Shown here: positions 59,554 to 64,000 of the stretch, piece after piece
Layout: every line of letters begins with the position of its first letter
Numbering within the stretch: position 1 is the stretch's first letter
Origin: Candidatus Magasanikbacteria bacterium GW2011_GWA2_37_8
Lineage (GTDB): Bacteria; Patescibacteriota; Patescibacteriia; Magasanikbacterales; GWA2-37-8
Reading direction: 5' to 3'
Assembly: GCA_000992085.1 (NCBI GenBank)
Contig: LBTN01000012.1
Coordinates: 1,498-65,497, forward strand
DNA length: 64,000 nt
Position numbers and translations under genes: made by a program
Notes under the pieces: model-generated
Database searches by the model: none
What the model saw: only the letters and a program-made list of their open reading frames with translations
Told to the model about the DNA's origin: nothing

Positions 59554-61236
59554 ATGTTTTTTAACTGTTTAGATTCGTTTCCTACATTTTTAGGTCTTTT
59601 TGATCCTAGTATCGCACCAATTTTGCTTTATTATTCTTATATTCCGATTATTTTGGTATCTTTATTTTTTGGTTTTTATGTATATTTTAAAAGCAAGCAA
59701 TCACTTTTAGCGAAATATTTATTTGCTATTGCAATAAGTTTTTCGTTATTTATTTTGAATGAAATAATACAGTGGATTGCGGTGCCGATTGCCCTAGTTA
59801 ATTTTGGTTGGGCAATGGCTCCATTGTTTCAAGCGTTAGTATGGATTTTTACTATTTATTTTTTCTATTATTTTTTAGAAAAAAAGTCAATGCCATGGCG
59901 TGGGCAGATACTATTATTGATTGCATTTTTGCCGATTATAATATTTTTACCATCGCGGTTTAATATCGTATATTTTGATATTCAAAATTGTGAAGCTGGC
60001 CAAATAGGGCCGCTATGGTATTATTTGTATGCTTTGCAAATAATATCCACAATTTGGTTACTTGTTTGGGGTATAGTTAAATATCGGCACACTGCTGTTC
60101 GCAAAGTAAAAGATCAAATTATTTTGTTGGCAGTTGGAGTATCGTTTTTTTTGTTTACGTTTTCCCTGTCTAATATTTTAGGTGAGATTTTTCAGACTTA
60201 CGAAATAAATTTGGTGGGGCCAATTGGGATGGTATTGTTTATTGGTTTATTGGCCTACCTGATTATTGAATATAAAATTTTTAACATAAAACTTTTTGCT
60301 GCCCAAGCTTTATTGGTAGGAATGGTGGTGTTGGTTGGTTCGCAGTTCTTTTTTATTAAAACTGTTGCTAATCAGATTTTAACAGCTATTACTTTGGTAT
60401 TAGTGACTGTTTTCGGCTGGCGGTTAGCACGATCGGTAAAAAAGGAAATTGCCAGTAAGGAGCGTTTTGAAAGATTAACGGTTGAATTAAAGACTGCTAA
60501 TCTGCAATTAAAAGAAGTTGATCAACAAAAAACTGAATTTTTATCTATTGCTTCGCATCAGTTACGCACACCACTTTCTATCCTTAAAGGTTATATTGAA
60601 TTGATTCAAGACGGTGCTTATGGTAAGACAACCAAAGCCATGTATGAGACTTTAGGGCAAATGGATGAAAGTAATGAACGCTTAATTAAATTAGTTGATG
60701 AATTTTTAGATATTACTCGTATTGAACAAGGGCGCACAAAATTTGTTTTTGCGTCACATAATTTGAATGATTTGTTAACAAGTGTAGTAAAGGAATTAAC
60801 TGATCGGGCTGGTGATAAAAGTATTTCAATATCACTTAAAATTTTAGAAGGTAAAAATTCTGAATTAATAATGGATGACGAGAAGATTAGGCACGTGGTG
60901 TTTAATTTTATCGATAATGCAATTAAATATAGTGAAACTGGTGTAATTAAGGTGGCGGCGAGACTAGATGGTAACGGGGTGGAGGTTACAGTAAAAGATA
61001 GTGGCTTAGGTTTTGACAAAGAAGACGAAGCTAATTTCTTTCAAAAATTTTATCGCGGTAAAAATGTTAAAGGTACCAATGTTACTGGTACCGGTTTAGG
61101 ATTGTATGTATGCCGTAAATTTATAGAAACTCACGGTGGCAAGGTTTGGGCACATAGTTTTGGTCTTGGCAAAGGCAGTGAATTCGGTTTTTGGATACCT
61201 GTTCAACAACTTGTTGATGATAAGGGGAAAGCCTAG
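59554..61236 (+). CDS. Multi-TM sensor histidine kinase
   Basis: Several N-terminal TMs, ASHQLRTPL H-box, NFIDNAIKY, DSG.G, GTGLGL. Confidence 0.93.
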   Translation: MFFNCLDSFPTFLGLFDPSIAPILLYYSYIPIILVSLFFGFYVYFKSKQSLLAKYLFAIAISFSLFILNEIIQWIAVPIALVNFGWAMAPLFQALVWIFTIYFFYYFLEKKSMPWRGQILLLIAFLPIIIFLPSRFNIVYFDIQNCEAGQIGPLWYYLYALQIISTIWLLVWGIVKYRHTAVRKVKDQIILLAVGVSFFLFTFSLSNILGEIFQTYEINLVGPIGMVLFIGLLAYLIIEYKIFNIKLFAAQALLVGMVVLVGSQFFFIKTVANQILTAITLVLVTVFGWRLARSVKKEIASKERFERLTVELKTANLQLKEVDQQKTEFLSIASHQLRTPLSILKGYIELIQDGAYGKTTKAMYETLGQMDESNERLIKLVDEFLDITRIEQGRTKFVFASHNLNDLLTSVVKELTDRAGDKSISISLKILEGKNSELIMDDEKIRHVVFNFIDNAIKYSETGVIKVAARLDGNGVEVTVKDSGLGFDKEDEANFFQKFYRGKNVKGTNVTGTGLGLYVCRKFIETHGGKVWAHSFGLGKGSEFGFWIPVQQLVDDKGKA

Positions 61237-61299
61237 CCCTTTTCAGATTATTAAAAATGTTGTAAAATAGTGGTGTAGTTATTATTAATTTTTTAATTT

Positions 61300-61767
61300 A
61301 TGATTTTTCAAAAACCAACAGCCAAAATCGCTTTAGAAAATAACGAAGAGTTGGCAGATAATTATGCTCCAGTAAACGATGAAGTAGAAACCGTAGTAGG
61401 GCCATCAGTAAATGTAGAAGGTGATTTTGCGTCGGAAGGCAATATTATTGTTAAAGGATCGGTAGCTGGTAGTGTCCATACTAGTAAATTTTTATCAGTA
61501 GAAGTTGGTGCTAAAATTTTGGCTAATGTACGTGCGGGGAGCGCCAAGGTGGCTGGTGAAGTAAAAGGTAACATGAAAATAAAAGAAGTTTTAGAGTTAG
61601 ATAGTACAGCACGAGTTATGGGTGATATTGAAGCCAAAACATTAATTATTGAAGCTGGGGCATTATTATTTGGTAAAGTAAGTATGCCTGGTTTAGAAGC
61701 GGGAGAAAAAGTAACTAGGTCCAGAGGATTTGGAAAAAAAACAGAGGAGGTTGAACCATCTGTCTGA
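61300..61767 (+). CDS. Bactofilin (polymer-forming cytoskeletal protein)
   Basis: TVVGPSVNVEGD..G.V.G beta-helix repeats, IEAGA..G. Confidence 0.9.
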   Translation: MIFQKPTAKIALENNEELADNYAPVNDEVETVVGPSVNVEGDFASEGNIIVKGSVAGSVHTSKFLSVEVGAKILANVRAGSAKVAGEVKGNMKIKEVLELDSTARVMGDIEAKTLIIEAGALLFGKVSMPGLEAGEKVTRSRGFGKKTEEVEPSV

Positions 61768-61802
61768 TTTAATTTTAGGCATTAATTACTAGTTATTCGG
61801 GT

Positions 61803-62567
61803 ATGTATGTTTATTTATATGACAATTTTCTCCGTCAGAAAAAGTTTGAATCAATAGTTAAAGCCCTAGAAGTAAGGTTGACCGATTATGGCATTGCTGG
61901 AAAGATTTTACGGTTAGCAAATTATACCGATGCAAAACAAGTAATAGACGAAGAGTTAAAACGTGGCGCAAAAACCATTGTTATTGTAGGAAATGACCAT
62001 ACTTTTGGTCATGTTTTATCTCGAGCTGCCACTTGTGACTGCACATTTGGTTTTTTGCCAGTTGGGCCAGAGAATACAATTGCCGGGGTATTAGGAATAC
62101 CAGTAGGGGTGGATGCTTGTGATATTTTATCACGTCGACTTAAAGAGAGGCTAGATATAGGTTGGATGAATAATCGTTATTTTGTTTCGCAATTGCATGT
62201 TTTGCCAGCTAAAGTAAAAGTAATTTATGATGAAAGATTTGCAGTTAGTGCCAATGACAAAATGGAAGTGGTAGTTTGTAATTTACAACCATTTTTTTGG
62301 AAGAAAAATCAGAAAGATAGAGAAGATAATGTAGTTCATCCTCAAGATGGTAAACTTGAAGCATTTTTACGGCCATTGACAAAAAAGGGGTGGTGGGGGT
62401 ATAAATATGAGGAGCCAAGCATCTTTCCTTTTGAGGAAATGGAAATTGTTGGTGCTGAACCTTTTACAGTCGAGGCAGACGGGAAAGTTTCAAAGGAGTT
62501 AAAAGTAAAAATTAAATTGGCGCACGGTAAAATTGATATGGTGATAGGCAGGAATAGAAAGTTTTAA
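61803..62567 (+). CDS. Diacylglycerol-kinase family protein
   Basis: VGNDHT, GFLPVG..N.IA..LG, DGKLE, ADG. Confidence 0.75.
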   Translation: MYVYLYDNFLRQKKFESIVKALEVRLTDYGIAGKILRLANYTDAKQVIDEELKRGAKTIVIVGNDHTFGHVLSRAATCDCTFGFLPVGPENTIAGVLGIPVGVDACDILSRRLKERLDIGWMNNRYFVSQLHVLPAKVKVIYDERFAVSANDKMEVVVCNLQPFFWKKNQKDREDNVVHPQDGKLEAFLRPLTKKGWWGYKYEEPSIFPFEEMEIVGAEPFTVEADGKVSKELKVKIKLAHGKIDMVIGRNRKF

Positions 62568-62575
62568 ATTCTTAG

Positions 62576-62656
62576 GCCCAGGTGGCGAAATGGTAGACGC
62601 ACTACCTTGAGGTGGTAGCGCCGCAAGGCATGGAGGTTCAAATCCTCTCCTGGGCA
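62576..62656 (+). tRNA. tRNA-Leu(GAG), CCA not encoded
   Basis: GCCCAGG..GGTAGAC..CTACC TT-GAG-GT GGTAG, long variable arm, GTTCAAATC, CCTGGGC-A. Confidence 0.95.
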
Positions 62657-62675
62657 CTGTAATTAAAAAGATTTT

Positions 62676-62921
62676 ATGGGTTATATTGTCGGAGCAGCTT
62701 TTCTATTATTAGGTGTGGTGCTAGTTATTAAAACAGAATGGTTTTTAGAGAATTTTGGTACGATTGCTTGGGCAGAAGAAAACTTAGGAACTTCTGGCGG
62801 TAGTCGGTTGTTGTATAAGTTAATTGGTTTAGTATTGATTTTTGTTGGTTTTTTGTTGGTGACTAATTTAATGCAGGGGTTTTTAATGGCCACCATTGGC
62901 AAATTGTTTATTCGTTCGTAA
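62676..62921 (+). CDS. Small two-TM membrane protein
   Basis: Two hydrophobic segments flanking FGTIAWAE..LG..GGSR. Confidence 0.7.
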   Translation: MGYIVGAAFLLLGVVLVIKTEWFLENFGTIAWAEENLGTSGGSRLLYKLIGLVLIFVGFLLVTNLMQGFLMATIGKLFIRS

Positions 62922-62928
62922 AAATTAT

Positions 62929-63477
62929 ATGGAGCATGCTGGCGTTGCTTTAGTTGACCCTTATAAAATTTTTGAAAAAATTGGTTTATCTACTGGTATG
63001 CGAGTGGCAGATTTGGGTTGTGGTCGTACCGGACATTTTGTGTTTCCAGCAGCGCGGATAATAAATGATGGTGGAGTGGTTTATGCAGTAGATATTTTAA
63101 AAGAAGTTTTAGAAAATATTAAAAGTCGTAGTCGAACTGAAGGTTATGATAATGTGCAAATTATTTGGTCGAATATTGAATTAGTTGGAAAAACTCCAGT
63201 TCCGCCGCAAAGTTTAGATGTTTGTTTTTTTGTAAATGTGATGTTTCAAGTAAAAGAGAAGTTGGCTGCCTTGCAGGAGGCAACACGATTGCTTAAAACT
63301 GGTGGTAAAGTGGTAGTGGTAGATTGGCAGAAAAAAGTTGGTACCCTAGGTCCAGACGTAGAAGCGTTAATAGATCATACAAAATTAACTAGTTTAGGAG
63401 AAAGTTGTGGCTTACAATTAGCCGAAGATTTTTCGGCAGGTGATTATCATTTTTGTTTAATTTTTAATAAATTATAG
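62929..63477 (+). CDS. Class I SAM-dependent methyltransferase
   Basis: VADLGCG.TG, VYAVD, LKTGG.VVVVDW. Confidence 0.88.
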   Translation: MEHAGVALVDPYKIFEKIGLSTGMRVADLGCGRTGHFVFPAARIINDGGVVYAVDILKEVLENIKSRSRTEGYDNVQIIWSNIELVGKTPVPPQSLDVCFFVNVMFQVKEKLAALQEATRLLKTGGKVVVVDWQKKVGTLGPDVEALIDHTKLTSLGESCGLQLAEDFSAGDYHFCLIFNKL

Positions 63478-63485
63478 ATTATCTT

Positions 63486-63893
63486 ATGAGTTTTGCTAAT
63501 ATTTTGACGTGGTCTTACTGGTTTTATCAACCATATATTGCTCGAGGTGGGGTGATGTGGATTTGGGTAGGAGGTTTTTTAGCCTTAGTATTGGCTGGTT
63601 TATTAATTAAAATTTTTCGTAATTATCAACAAGAAACTATTATTAAAGAAGCTTATCGTCGTGGTAGCAACTTATTGTTGTCTATGGGTTTAGCTGGTTT
63701 GTTGTGGATGTTTTTTAGGCAAGAAAGGGTATCTTTTTTAGCTTGGCGTTTTTGGCTATTACTATGGCTAGTAATTTTTATTTGGTGGGGAGTAAAAGTA
63801 ATAATTTATTTTATAAAACGTTTGCCAAAAATTAAAGAAGAAAAGATTAAAATACAAGAAGTTAAAAAATATTTGCCAGGTAAGAAAAGATAG
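63486..63893 (+). CDS. Membrane hypothetical protein
   Basis: Three TM segments, C-terminal KKYLP. Confidence 0.7.
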   Translation: MSFANILTWSYWFYQPYIARGGVMWIWVGGFLALVLAGLLIKIFRNYQQETIIKEAYRRGSNLLLSMGLAGLLWMFFRQERVSFLAWRFWLLLWLVIFIWWGVKVIIYFIKRLPKIKEEKIKIQEVKKYLPGKKR

Positions 63894-63905
63894 AGCGGGT
63901 AAATT

Positions 63906-64000
63906 ATGACAAGGAGGAATAAAAATTTGGGGGATTGGGGTGAAATTAAGGCTTGCGGTTTTTTAGAGCGCCACGGATTTGTGGTGTTAGATAGAAATTA
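63906..64000 (+). CDS. YraN-family nuclease (partial)
   Basis: MTRRNKNLGDWGEIKACGFLERHGFVVLDRN matches the YraN N-terminus. Confidence 0.75.
   Translation, partial: MTRRNKNLGDWGEIKACGFLERHGFVVLDRN

Noticed and set aside
1..64000. CRISPR array, prophage, rRNA, or a second VR copy
   Set aside because: No spaced 25-45 bp repeats, cas, phage structural, integrase or rRNA sequence seen; no additional TR-like copy noticed by eye

Overview
AT-rich bacterial chromosome segment with a small-genome, Patescibacteria/CPR-like gene complement (taxonomy is inference only). It is mostly housekeeping: radA, pheST, dnaE, tsaD, hup, rny, rpsB-tsf, gap/pgk/eno/two gpmI, scpAB, aspS/valS/tyrS/argS and three tRNAs. 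The standout is a chromosomal diversity-generating retroelement (DGR) at ~14.6-17.7 kb. It has a GC-rich target gene whose last 130 nt (VR, 15513-15642) match a template repeat (TR, 16231-16360) with 14 mismatches, all at TR adenines. It also has an avd gene on the opposite strand, head-to-head with a DGR reverse transcriptase that is split by an internal deletion. Other observations: a deleted IS3 element; several structured intergenic RNA candidates (DGR leaders, a ~280-nt rny leader, an element upstream of gap); a heptamer-repeat family inserted in-frame in housekeeping genes; a candidate peptidoglycan toxin/immunity pair; and four similar internal deletions that may be assembly artefacts. 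All alignments and foldings were done by eye.
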